Positions 1 through 10,696 of a DNA stretch of 64,000 nucleotides are shown here, piece after piece. The notes beneath the pieces are model-generated. The model searched no databases. It saw nothing but the letters and a program-made list of their open reading frames with translations, and was not told the DNA's origin. Source of the stretch: Lingula anatina (lineage: Eukaryota; Animalia; Brachiopoda); NCBI GenBank assembly GCA_051362555.1, contig CM120640.1, positions 4,960,001 to 5,024,000 on the forward strand. The letters are read 5' to 3'. The position numbers were made by a program, and so were the translations under genes. How positions within the stretch are numbered: the first letter of the stretch is position 1; the number at the start of each line of letters is the position of its first letter.

Positions 1-189
1 TTATATTAAAGAAAAAATGGGAACTGCTATAATAAAATGGTTCGTTATCCTAATTCGTTTATGCTTTGAGGATTTGTTTCTGAAGATTATTTCATCTGAA
101 ATATTAAATAATTTAAAAGATTGATTATTTTATAACTTGAAACGCAAATTCTGCGTCAGTACGCAATTTTTTTTTTTGCAAATTTGTAA

Positions 190-460
190 GCTTATAACAC
201 CGTGCTATAAAGATCTACTCAAGAAAAAAATTTGCTTGGGTAAAATTGAGTACGGAATGAACTGGAGACACTTGGCTTGTCATTAAGTTTACACGAAAAT
301 ATGTCAGGTAACTTTATACTGTCTTTGAAAGAGTAAAGATTGAAAGATAATTTTAGACAAACTTTGACGGGGGAAATACCTACAAAGAGTAATGGGCTAT
401 TTCGCCAACATCTTGTTGAAAATTTTACACTGCAATTCTATTCAAAAAAGCTAAGGAACT
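190..460 (+). mobile_element. Decayed non-LTR retrotransposon (L1/Tx1-like ORF2 C-terminal region) fragment
   Basis: Broken reading frames give YKDLLKKK and LKDNFRQTLTGEIPTKSNGLFRQHLVENFTLQFY. These resemble the LH..LPT...L......C.FC stretch before the ORF2 zinc knuckle. Pattern recognition only; many stops. Confidence 0.3.
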
Positions 461-1652
461 AATTGCCAAATTAATACTCTCATCACATAACAGGGGGGTA
501 ACCAGACCTGCAAAAATTGTACGCACATATTTAAAAAGATTACAAGCACATACAGCAAAATGTAGACTTACGCAAAACATGAAGGACAGCGTAATCACAG
601 CAAATGTACCTCATATAGTAGCTTAATTTCCATTAATAATAAAATCATCATTTAAGTCAAAAATATTCTTGCGATTTAATAACTATTTTAATTTACCCAG
701 AACAGTATATTTATTTTAAAGGCGGTTAACCGAAATATAGTTTTATGATTTGTTTGTGAAAATTGCCCATGTCACCCTGTTAGTTTGGAGGTCTAAGCTG
801 GATCAAGTGAAGTCCGTGTTAAAATTCCTATGAAGTTGTGCAGGAAAAATCCTTCCTTTCTTTCTCTAGCTCCTCGATAAACCTGGTGTTCAGATTTTAT
901 CTAGTACCCCCAGGTCTACGGGAGCTGCGCTTTGTAAGATTTTTACCTGAGATAACTGGAGTAAAGCTTAGATAGAGAGTGCGTTCGATACAAGCAAGAC
1001 AAATTGAATGCCATTTAACCCTCTAATTAAGAGGTAAAGGAAGTTCCAGGTAGATGGATGATTAAGATAGGACTTGTAAAGGTAACGGGCATTGTTTACC
1101 TCAGTTTAATAAAAGTATGCAAGACAGAGTGTCAGCGGTTTAATAAAATAAATTGAATTTCACAAATAACATGGACCTCATATGCAATAAGCAACATTTC
1201 CCTTAACTCATTCAAATGCAGTGTTTTATACAACTTGGGATAACCATAATGAAATGCTTGTTAAAGAAATGACTAGACGGGAAATGGTTTTACACAGCTT
1301 CACAAGGATTTAGACCCTTCGGGTAAGAGATTTGAATGAGTATAAACTTTTATCAGAAGCCAGAGAAGTCATCTTACAGGTAGACAATGCAGCTCAGTTT
1401 GACAGCTAAGCACGCTCTGTTCTCCAGTGGCTCGATTGTCGTCATTGGACCACGTGACCACGTAGCTCATTAACTCCCAGGCCAAGCAAATAGGACGTTT
1501 TTTAAAGCCAAAAATTTACAAAATGAGCTTTTAATTTGTGTATTTGGATAAAGATATCGTTAGTTGGGCATGTTTTCTGAAGAATATGTTCCGTTCAGGC
1601 CATTCTGACGGCATGAAGCAAACCCTTTAACTCTTATCAGCCTGAAGCCTTA

Positions 1653-1870
1653 GGGACCATTTCCATACCCTATCACGCTAACTGTAGATCGATCTATCTC
1701 CAAGGGAATTCTTGTTAAATGCAATCAATGTAAGTGGCTTAGCTGTTTGTCACGCCTACTGAAACTGGCATGCCAGAATCCTAAGCCACTTAAGCTGAAA
1801 GCAATTTAGTGAGAAACCCCTTGGAGTTGGATTGATCCTGTCAGATTGATCTAGGTATGGGAACTCAGTC
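1653..1870. mobile_element. Palindromic MITE, Harbinger/PIF-like family, copy 1 (internally deleted)
   Basis: Ends GGGACCATTTCCA ... TGGGAACTCAGTC, flanked by TTA/TAA, with a long imperfect internal inverted repeat. Homologous, in opposite orientation, to copies at 10697 and 12350; also homologous to the copy at 52766. Confidence 0.75.
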
Positions 1871-2138
1871 TAATGCTTGTTACACATTTTACTTTGATCC
1901 TAATCCACTGTTATGCAGAATTAGAATTTGATGTTGGCTATGTAGTTACAGTAAGCATAATACATCAGTGCATCAGAACTGACGGTGTCCTATTTTCTGC
2001 ATTTTTATTTTCTGGTTTTTTTGTCTGTACATTTGACAGCTTTGCTGCCTTGTTTTAAAAAAATAAGCATCTACATTCATCTCTTTGATTTGTAATTTGT
2101 CCTTCCAATGGTCAGTTTTTGCTGAGCACTGTCAATTT

Positions 2139-2140
<2 letters not shown>

Positions 2141-2194
<54 letters not shown>
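2141..2194. repeat. (AT)n microsatellite
   Basis: About 27 AT units seen directly. Confidence 0.95.
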
Positions 2195-2197
<3 letters not shown>

Positions 2198-2297
2198 ACT
2201 TGTTGTTCGTGAACACGTTGCCTTCTCCTGACACATATATGTACACTCATTAAAACCTTTTCAGGGCTTTGATTATTTTCTTTCTTATATTCATAAG

Positions 2298-2614
2298 ATG
2301 AATCCTGCCCAATACCTCTAAAAAACGTGGAGCTGCCATCAGATGGAAATCTGTACCATCTCAATGTTGTTGAAATGGCCTCTGCGTTTGCCATTATGGG
2401 GTTATCAGAAGGAGAAATAGCAAAATGTGTAGCACGCAAAATTAATGGTAAGAAGTTCTCCAAAATGACCAAGGAGGAGTTGTCGGAGATGGTGTCAGTA
2501 GATACAGCACAAAAATGCAAGCCACTAATAATGCATTTTCACAAGTGCACGAAGAAAACTTTGATGAACGCTGTGAAAATAAAGTTCCATAGTGTTATGA
2601 GCAAGTTTCTTTAA
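2298..2614 (+). CDS. Terminal coding exon of an upstream gene; C-terminal SAM-like domain resembling GAREM-type SAM
   Basis: Pyrimidine tract plus AAG acceptor at 2297, then an open frame ESCPIPLKNVELPSDGNLYHLNVVEMASAFAIMGLSEGEIAKCVARKINGKKFSKMTKEELSEM... to TAA 2612-2614, with an overlapping AATAAA. The spacing L.V.E......GL........KI.G......T.E.L.E matches SAM domains. Upstream exons were not identified. Confidence 0.65.
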
Positions 2615-2976
2615 ATAAAGTTACATATGAAGAAAGCATGTAACACTTTTTAATTGCAACTGTACATTCTTCAAATTTCTTGGAGTAAATTTGACCTATT
2701 TATTTGTCCCTTAATTTCGTAAAATTCCACTAAGTGACTTGGAAAGAAGCCAGGAGTGGGGGGAGGGGTTGAAAGAACTGCCCTCTATGCTGGAAAAAGG
2801 TTGGCTCTGGTTTGGCCTATGTACAAAAAGGTTTCATGGTAAAAGGGTCACTTTTTAAAGAACAAAAAAAACTGAAATTGCTGGTTACGGGCCTGTAGTA
2901 ATGTACAACGCATTACTGTTGCATGCACTAGCATACCAGGAATTATTCAAATACGAGTTGGCTAAAACAACTAATA

Positions 2977-3627
2977 GGCTATTCACACTAGCACTTTCGA
3001 CCGCGGTCAAGGCCTGACCTCGGTCCTGTCGCGGTTAACTTTTCTAATGTGAACGGACAACATAATACTGACCGCGGTCGAAATAAACCCAGATCTGGAG
3101 CTGGGTTAAATCCGAGAACAGATGTTTACCAATGGAATGCATGCGCATGAGTGGGCAATTAATCAACTGATCTTGTTCGCAAGAAAATCCTGGCAGCAAT
3201 TTGAGTACTATGAGTATGAGAAGCAGCAAGAGTACCATGGTCTGAGGATGCCGTCTAGGGCCTCCTTGCCATATGGCCAGAGAGTGAGGTACAACGAAAA
3301 TTAGCAGGAAGCGCCAAGAATAAAACGGTCTGCCACGAAATGGGCTTTAGGTTATCTGTATCACCGTGCCTACATGTAGAATTAGTATCTTTTGTCACCG
3401 TTATGCGGTCAACTCATATATCTGAAATAGAATAATTTAAATGTAAAGGGTCAGGTTTTTACTTATCCGAACAATAGAGCGCATGCTTAACAGGACGTAC
3501 GATTGCTGAAATTCTATCGCTACTGATTGCTGCCAGTATAGGTGTGAACGCAAATAATCTCGGTTTAGTTGACCCCGATTCGATCGAAGTTAACTTGACC
3601 GCTGTTAACTTTCTAATGTGAATGGCC
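2977..3627. mobile_element. Non-autonomous DNA transposon, Harbinger-like
   Basis: 15-bp TIRs GGCTATTCACACTAG / CTAATGTGAATGGCC (2 mismatches), subterminal TGTGAAC and (GA)CCGCGGTC repeats, TA on both flanks, and GC-richer than the surroundings. Confidence 0.7.
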
Positions 3628-3649
3628 TAAAAGGGTTTTAAATAGCACA

Positions 3650-4230
3650 GAGAAAAGGCAGAAAAAATTCATTACAAATGTCAATTTTTGGGAAATGAAA
3701 AACAATACCCTTGCTATTACTGTTAGTTATGCTATTTGAAACTATCTATTGGCATTTGGTCAGGTTAGGTGACAAGATTTGAAACAGGCTTGAAACGCAT
3801 CTAAGTGGTTGTTCACAGAAAATTAAAAGTAAGCTAGATATGCTTTTTGCATGTGTCTGCCACCTTTTTGAATTGAAATACCTTTTTAGATTTTTATAAT
3901 CTGTTTTCACTGTTAAACTGGGCACGGTTTTCCTCTTGAAATGTTTTGTTAACATTAAGCTTGCCATATTGAAGATTGAAGAATTTTAGACAATTTCTTA
4001 TTCATAAGTCGGGTTTTATATGGAAGTATTATGACTAAAGGAACAAAATGACTTGGAAATATAGTCTGTAGCATTCCCTTTGCGAATATCATATTTACCG
4101 ATACATTCCTTTGAGAGTTTACATCAGAATACAAATAGTAATAAATAGTGGTTTTAATTAAATAACTAATATAATCATTTAATTAGAGAACTAAGGAATT
4201 GTAGATTTGGTAGTGGCATGAGATGTACTG
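3650..4230 (+). mobile_element. Decayed L1/Tx1-like LINE 3' fragment
   Basis: Interrupted frames give CSQKIKSKLDMLFAC, VLYG...LGNIV and EYHIYR. These resemble the zinc-knuckle, ILFG and KxHIY tail of L1/Tx1 ORF2. Weak. Confidence 0.3.
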
Positions 4231-4676
4231 GTAAATTCATATCAGTTTGGCAATGTTACAGTATTAGTATAAACATTTATTTCATGATTGTGGTCTTTTA
4301 TATTATGTACAAAAGTTTTGTTTATAATTATGCTTCAGAAACTATTTTTTTAATAATTTTATATTTGAACTGCAGGTTTTTCTACCTTCCTGTATTTGTA
4401 ATCGTTTTGCTTTTATTTTTTTGAATGTGGTTAAGGCTGAAGATTTACATCATTTTCAAGCTCTGAATTTAAAGATTGGCTTTATATAACTCAACTGTGA
4501 TAACTTGTTTAATAAGTTTTAAGGTATGCCGAGTTATTAGAAAATCTATGACAAATGACATTTCATAATTGTAAATGAAAATGCACATATCCATTATATC
4601 TTTGAAGTTTGATCAAGACATATCACAGGATTCGAGCAGTTGCAAATATGGACAAATCAAATCACTTAAACTTTCG

Positions 4677-4771
4677 TGAAACTTTCCACGATGAATGACC
4701 ATTGGGTGTTCGTCTATTTTGGATCGGGGGGTTGACAAACACCCAATGGTCATTCATCGTGGAAAATTTCA
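4677..4771. repeat. Long inverted repeat (38-bp arms, 19-nt loop)
   Basis: TGAAACTTTCCACGATGAATGACCATTGGGTGTTCGTC (4677-4714) pairs with 4734-4771, with 2 mismatches. Confidence 0.95.
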
Positions 4772-4825
4772 TGCTTTTATCATCTTTTGCAGAATTCTAG
4801 ATAAAATTTGGACTTAGCCGCCTGA

Positions 4826-6430
4826 CTACTTTTCACCATGAACTAAACTTTGCATATTTTGCTTCCCTTTTTTCTCCAAAACTGGCAGAGATAGGTCCAT
4901 AGTTACTATTGAACTTGAATAGGAAGTCATATACTGGCAATCGAAATGTGACCTTGAAATTGACCTTTGACCTACTTTTCACCATGAACTAACCTTTGCA
5001 AATTTTGTTTCCCTTTTATCTCCAAAACTGGCAGAGATAGGTCTATAGTTACTATTGAACTTGAATAGGAAGTCATATACTGGCAATCTTAATGTGACCT
5101 TGAAATTGACCTTTGACCTACTTTTCAGCATGAACTGAACTTTGCAAATTTTGCTTCCCTTTTATCTCCCAAACTGGCAGAGATAGGTCCATAGTTACCA
5201 TTGAACTTGAATGGGAAGTCATATATTGGCAATCTAAGTGTGACCTTGAAATTGACCTTTGACCTACTTTTCACCATGAACTAACCTTTGCGAATTTTGC
5301 TTCCCTTTTATCTCCAAAACTGGCAGAGATAGGTCCATAGTTACTATTGAACTAGAATAGGAAGTCATATACTGGCAATCCAAATGTGACCTTAATATTG
5401 ACCTTTGACCTACTTTTCACCATGAACTGAACTTTGCAAATTTTGCTGCCCTTTTATCTCCAAATCTGGCAGATAAAGGTCCAAAGTTACTATTGAACTT
5501 GAATAGGAAGTCATACACTGGCAATCTAAATGTGACCTTGAAATTGACCTTTGACCTACTTTTCACCATGAACTGAATTTTGCAAATTTTGTTTCATTAT
5601 CTCCAAAACTGGCAGAGATAGGTCCATACTTACTATTGAACTTGAATAGGAAGTCATACACTGGCAATCTAAATGTGACCTTGAAATTGACCTTTGACCT
5701 ACTTTTCACCATGAACTGAACTTTCCAAATTTTGCTTCCCTTTTATCTCCAAAACTGGCAGAGATAGGTCCATAGTTACTATTGAACTTGAATAGGAAGT
5801 CATACACTGGCAATCTAAATGTGACCTTAAAATTGACCTTTGACCTACTTTTCACCATGAACTAAACTTTCCAAATTTTGCTTCCCTTTTATCTCCAAAA
5901 CTGGCAGAGATAGGTCCATAGATACTATTGAACTTGAATAGGAAGCCATATACTGGCAATCTAAATGTGACCTTGAAATTGACCTTTGACCTACTTTTCA
6001 CCATGAACTGAACTTTGCAAATTTTGCTTCCCTTTTATCTCCCAAACTGGCAGAGATAGGTCCATAGTTACTATTGAACTAGAATAGGAAGTCATATACT
6101 GGCAATCTTAATGTGACCTTGAAATTGACCTTTGACCTACTTTTTACCATGAACTGAACTTTGCAAATTTTGCTTCCCTTTTATCTCCAAAACTGGCAGA
6201 GATAGGTCCATAGTTACTATTGAAGTTGAATAGGAAGCCATACACTGGCAATCTTTATGTGACTTTAAAATTGACCTTTGACCTACTTTTCACCATGAAC
6301 TGAACTTTGCAAATTTTGCTTCCCTTTTATCTCCCAAACTGGCAGAGATAGGTCCAAAGTTACTTTTGAAGTTGAATAGGAAGTCATATACTGGCAATCT
6401 TAATGTGACATTGACCTTTGACCTACCTTT
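4826..6430. repeat. Tandem array, ~146-bp unit x ~11 copies
   Basis: The anchor (A/G)GGAAG(T/C)CATA recurs near 4921, 5067, 5213, 5359, 5505, 5648, 5794, 5940, 6086, 6232 and 6378. Units are highly similar with scattered substitutions. Confidence 0.97.
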
Positions 6431-8012
6431 TGATGAACTTTTGATATATTTTTTTGCATATTTTGAAAATTCTTGTTGATTGCATTTTTACAGCTTGTCA
6501 AGCAAAAGACTGGTGGCTGTGTCCCTTATTTTGTGAATGCGCTTGCTCCAGCTGGTGGTACAATATTTGGAGGCGGTATCGCCTCTCTGATCCTCTAGTT
6601 TATTTTGACCAACATTACCGTGGACAAATACACCCTTGAAGAATCTGTTGATTAATAATTATAAATATGACAAAAATGCGTTTTGTAAGGTAATCTTTTT
6701 GCAGCACTGAACTTGAAAACCAAGTCAGTCTGTTTAGACACAAAAAAAACTTTCACTGAGAGAGTACTGAAAAGTGGTGTCTCAGAGGAACACATCCCAA
6801 GGAAGGTCACAGCAGTGATCTAAAGCCGTGTTACGTTCAGCTCAAGAAATTGAAAATATTACTTGACAAAGATGTGTTAGAGAAGACAGATAAGTGACCA
6901 TGTATCATATATATATACACTGATATAGAATGTTACATTTTGAGATGGGACAAAAACACTAAAATAAGTCGGCAGTTGTAACAATTTTTACTAGTCTTGT
7001 CCACAATCACTGTTGACAGTGACACCTAGGGCAGCCTCAGGTGATCTCATTGAATATAAAAGACATTCAAGTATCTGCAGATGTATATTCAAGTAGAGCA
7101 AATTATTATTATTATTTTTAAATCCAATATGAGCCCCTTTCAGAATGGGCCAATTATTTGTTAAAAAGACTGTGTATACATGTATGGACTTCATTCAGTC
7201 TGGCATCATGACATTGTCAAGGTTACATTTTTCAACTTTGTCTACATACACCAAATAAAAATCTGTATATATGAAGATAATAAAGTCAATTGAAAGTGAT
7301 CACTCATATGTAATACTCAAAACTTAAATAATTACAACCAACAAGCAGTTTGTTCAACATGTTATTTTTATTACATTTTTTACTTAACACGTGTTAGGTA
7401 GACCTCCCAATGCAAAAACATTGTGAATCACTTCGGAACATATCTATGTCACCAAACAAATTCCAATTCTTTCTTGTCAGCTAGTGAGTAGCTTCTGCCA
7501 TTTGGTTTGATCTGCAACATGTAGTGAATCCAATTTTATGTTTAAATAGTGCTGTGAATTTTCACCTGTTAAGTGAATTTACAAGTATTAAAAACAAAAC
7601 AAAAAACACTGGCTACATCAAGTCTGTTGGGTAAATTTGTAACTTCTAGGCCATCTTCTTTTCTGTAATGAGTAAAAATTATACATAAAACATATTCTGA
7701 AAACCTGTGAAAAATGTTGGTCAATATAGGTGACTTTTATTTTACTTCTATTTATATAATAATAATAATATTATTATTTTTTTAAATATTTATCTCTTTA
7801 TATAGCTCTAACCCCTACTAAACTATGCAATAAGAATATTTTCATATTATCCAAATCAATACACATTAGGACCAATTTATCTTTGACTTATGCATCATGT
7901 TTGTTTAAACAGTTTTCTTAATAGAAAATCATGCCTTTTACAAACATGAAATGAATGTGGAAACTTTATGAAAAAAATTTAGTTTCACCCCAACACAAAA
8001 ATTTCAATTACA

Positions 8013-10011
8013 TCAATCTTCATCTTCGTCCTCATCCTCATCTTCCTCGTTTCCAAAATATTCACGTTTTTCTACTATCGCTGGATTAACTGTTCCATCA
8101 GGCAGAATAGTCTTGTAGCCTCCCATTGTAGCAATTCGAGCCTCTAGTACTGTTTGTGGGATGCCCCTAATATTACAAAGAACAAGATGTCATATATCAG
8201 CTCACTATAATATTTCCTCAATTCAATGCTCAATATTGGAATTATCCATTCTTGCTTCTGAAAAATCATTCTTAAGATTCTCATACATGTTCCACAAACA
8301 GAAGCCTAGCAGTACATCTTTCTATCAGTCAAACACTTCATTACATATTCATAGTCATGACTACTTTGAAGACAGCCTCATGAAGCCACTGTGTGACATA
8401 ATACACTGTTACCAGATCAATATATGCCAGATCACCTCTGAGTGTCAGCAAGGTGTTCAAGGCAGATATCTAGAAAAGGTGGCAGTGTATCATTTGAGAA
8501 AAATACTGACAGAAAGTACTCGCATTTTAACGAAAAACACTCCCAAAACTGAATCAAGAGTATACTGGTACTGCCACAGTCAAATAACCTCTCATTATGT
8601 ATCATACATTACATATAGAACATTTACACAAATTAAAAAATTCCATGGAATATATTAGACTGTACATGAACTAACACTTTTATTAATATAAAATAATTCA
8701 TGATTTACCTGAATTGGCTCACTTCATCATAGAAAGGTTTTACACCCCAATGGTAATACCAGTAAGAGGTGACTGGGGAGAGAACAAATACTGAAAAAGC
8801 CATCCCTCTCTTGAAAAAGTCTGAGGTTGTTGCGAAAAATCTTCTCGACATTTCGTTTTTAGTCTGAAATGACAATGAGAATGTGTGTTTACATCGTGAA
8901 ATTTCTGAAAGAGAACTTCATTATTTTCACTAATGCTCCTTATCAAAAATGCTTTAAACAATTAAACATCCATAAGACTGAAAACATCAGGAGAAGACTC
9001 CCACTGTAATCACATCTATGCTGCACTGCAGGATGGACCACTGCTGCTCATGATCAGTGGTCACAGCTTTCTGGCTAAAATGTTAGAACACATTTGACCT
9101 AATCTGACTATTTAAACACTGTGATATTTCCTTTAATTTTAGAGATAATTTCAAGATTCCAACAGAATAAGATTCTAGATAAAAATACCTTTCAGGAGGT
9201 AAAACTTGTGTGTACATTTGGATATATATAACACTACTGCATAACTGGGATTAAAAGAGTAAAACTTTATCAAACCGACTCGTGAACTGATCCCAAATTA
9301 CTTGAAATGTGAATGATATAGTTCAAAGTGCAACGGGGGACAGACAGTTACCCCAGGATGTGGATATTCACAGCGGAGAGACTTTGAACACAAAACGCTA
9401 AGGCCTTACCTACTGTACGTGAGCATGTTAAGCCGAAAACTGAAGCAAGGGCGACGTGTGGACCACACTACATACATCTATTGAGACTATCATATATGGA
9501 TGACGTACTTTTTATAGCATTATATGCCATGTTATTTCATTAAAGTGATTAAAGAGTGCGCAAAACGTAAAAAAAACTTTCTTGTGGTCAATATAGTAGC
9601 GTACCTAGCTTTTTACGAGTGTTTAGCGAGTACTATTTAGAAAAAGTAAGATGTAAGACAGCAATTACCATCACCATCAGTGATTTCACTTAAAAATACT
9701 ACATGATAATCACTTAAGGTTATATTTAATCCATCCAAAAATGATGAATTCAAAACTAAAGGACACGCTTACGTTTGTCCTTGACTCCAACCTCTGAAAA
9801 TGGCGACAGTGTTTTGGTATCCCAGACTGCACTCGGAGGCACGTTTACCCAAGACAAGCACAATCCGATGTCTTACGAATGTGATAATGTTAGGAGGAAA
9901 AAGTCGTGCCTCGACATAAGAAACTGTAGTATCCACGACTAACGTTAACGTTACTTGAGTCGGTCCAACTCTCAGGTCTGTGAGGGCTCTGGCTAAGTGC
10001 AATCGGCTTAA
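8013..10011 (-). CDS. Small single-pass-like protein with acidic C-terminal tail (~140-150 aa); weak COX6C-like features; start codon unresolved
   Basis: Phase-consistent GT-AG exons 10011-9955, 9871-9773, 9439-9410 (30-nt microexon), 8790-8709 and 8166-8013 splice into one open frame: KPIALSQSPHRPESWTDSNIGLCLSWVNVPPSAVWDTKTLSPFSEVGVKDKLFGLTCSRTVVFVLSPVTSYWYYHWGVKPFYDEVSQFRGIPQTVLEARIATMGGYKTILPDGTVNPAIVEKREYFGNEEDEDEDEDED*. The gene is well supported; the product identity is not. Confidence 0.7.
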
Positions 10012-10228
10012 CTGTTAGAGGCAGGACTCTTCGAGCAGTTAATATAATTATACTATTATACTATTATTTAATTATATAATTATATGGAGGGTGGATCTGT
10101 TCCACGGATCCTCAGTTTCGTCACGCCGGTCTCTCCAACCTCCTTGCACACCGGTACAAGTAGGACAACATTTGACACAGACTGTGATGGGCGTCTTAAA
10201 GCATATAAAAGTTATAAACTGATTTTAC

Positions 10229-10402
10229 GGGGCCGTAGCGATAGTCCGAAGGTTCAATAGTCCGAAGGTTCATTGGTCCGAATGTTCACTATAAAACCTT
10301 CGGACCAATGAACCCTTGATTAAAAAATCGATAAAAATGTTACCACTTTTCGGACCAATGAACCTTCGGACCAATGAACCTTCGGACTATCGAGACGCCC
10401 CC
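10229..10402. mobile_element. MITE with subterminal tandem repeats and 8-bp TSD (MULE/foldback-like)
   Basis: TSD GATTTTAC at 10221-10228 and 10403-10410. TIRs start GGGG.CGT..CGATAGTCCGAAGGTTCA. The ~15-16-bp unit GTCCGAAGGTTCA(T/A)T(G/A) is repeated on the left and inverted on the right. Confidence 0.85.
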
Positions 10403-10696
10403 GATTTTACTATTTGAAATTTGGCAGAATGATGGTCGAAAAGTTCTGGGTAATTATTGTTACAATTATAATTACCACATTAGCCCTATAGCAATTATCA
10501 TCATTACTACTATTATTATTTTTACACAACCTGGGCAACATACATGGCCTACATGTATTTAGGCCTACTGTCTTACAGAGGTCTTCTTTAACTGTTATAA
10601 ATTTGGTTGACAGACCTCTTTATTAAGTCGTCTAAACGCTCTTGCAAAGCAGCAGAGGAGATTACTGCTGGGTTTCGTCCAATTTTGCAACAGATA

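Larger units (their letters stand above)
4677..6600 (+). mobile_element. Probable non-autonomous Helitron/Helentron-type element carrying the tandem array (5' boundary uncertain)
   Basis: GC-rich hairpin GAGGCG-GTAT-CGCCTC (6570-6585), followed 9 nt later by CTAG (6595-6598) and a T-run, as at Helitron 3' ends. Internal tandem arrays are known in bivalve HINE/pearl-type elements. Confidence 0.55.

Noticed and set aside
2077-2520. 147-aa minus-strand ORF
   Set aside because: Antisense to the SAM-like exon and extended by an (AT)n run translating as YIYIYI.
2750-2895. G-rich fragment ending CTGGTTACGGGCCTG (similar ends near 21650 and 12690-12780)
   Set aside because: Probably truncated hAT-type MITE ends, but no matching partner TIR or TSD could be established.
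4826-6430. CRISPR-like array
   Set aside because: Units are contiguous ~146-bp near-identical monomers with no unique spacers; there are no cas genes and the context is eukaryotic.
6991-7194. 67-aa minus-strand ORF as an extra terminal exon
   Set aside because: The adjacent small gene already ends at 8013, and no compatible donor or protein similarity supports it.
8161-8658. 165-aa plus-strand ORF
   Set aside because: Lies antisense within an intron of the small minus-strand gene; no recognisable motifs or splice partners.
9769-10002. 77-aa minus-strand ORF in the track
   Set aside because: Wrong frame; the spliced model uses other frames and removes an 83-nt intron (9872-9954).
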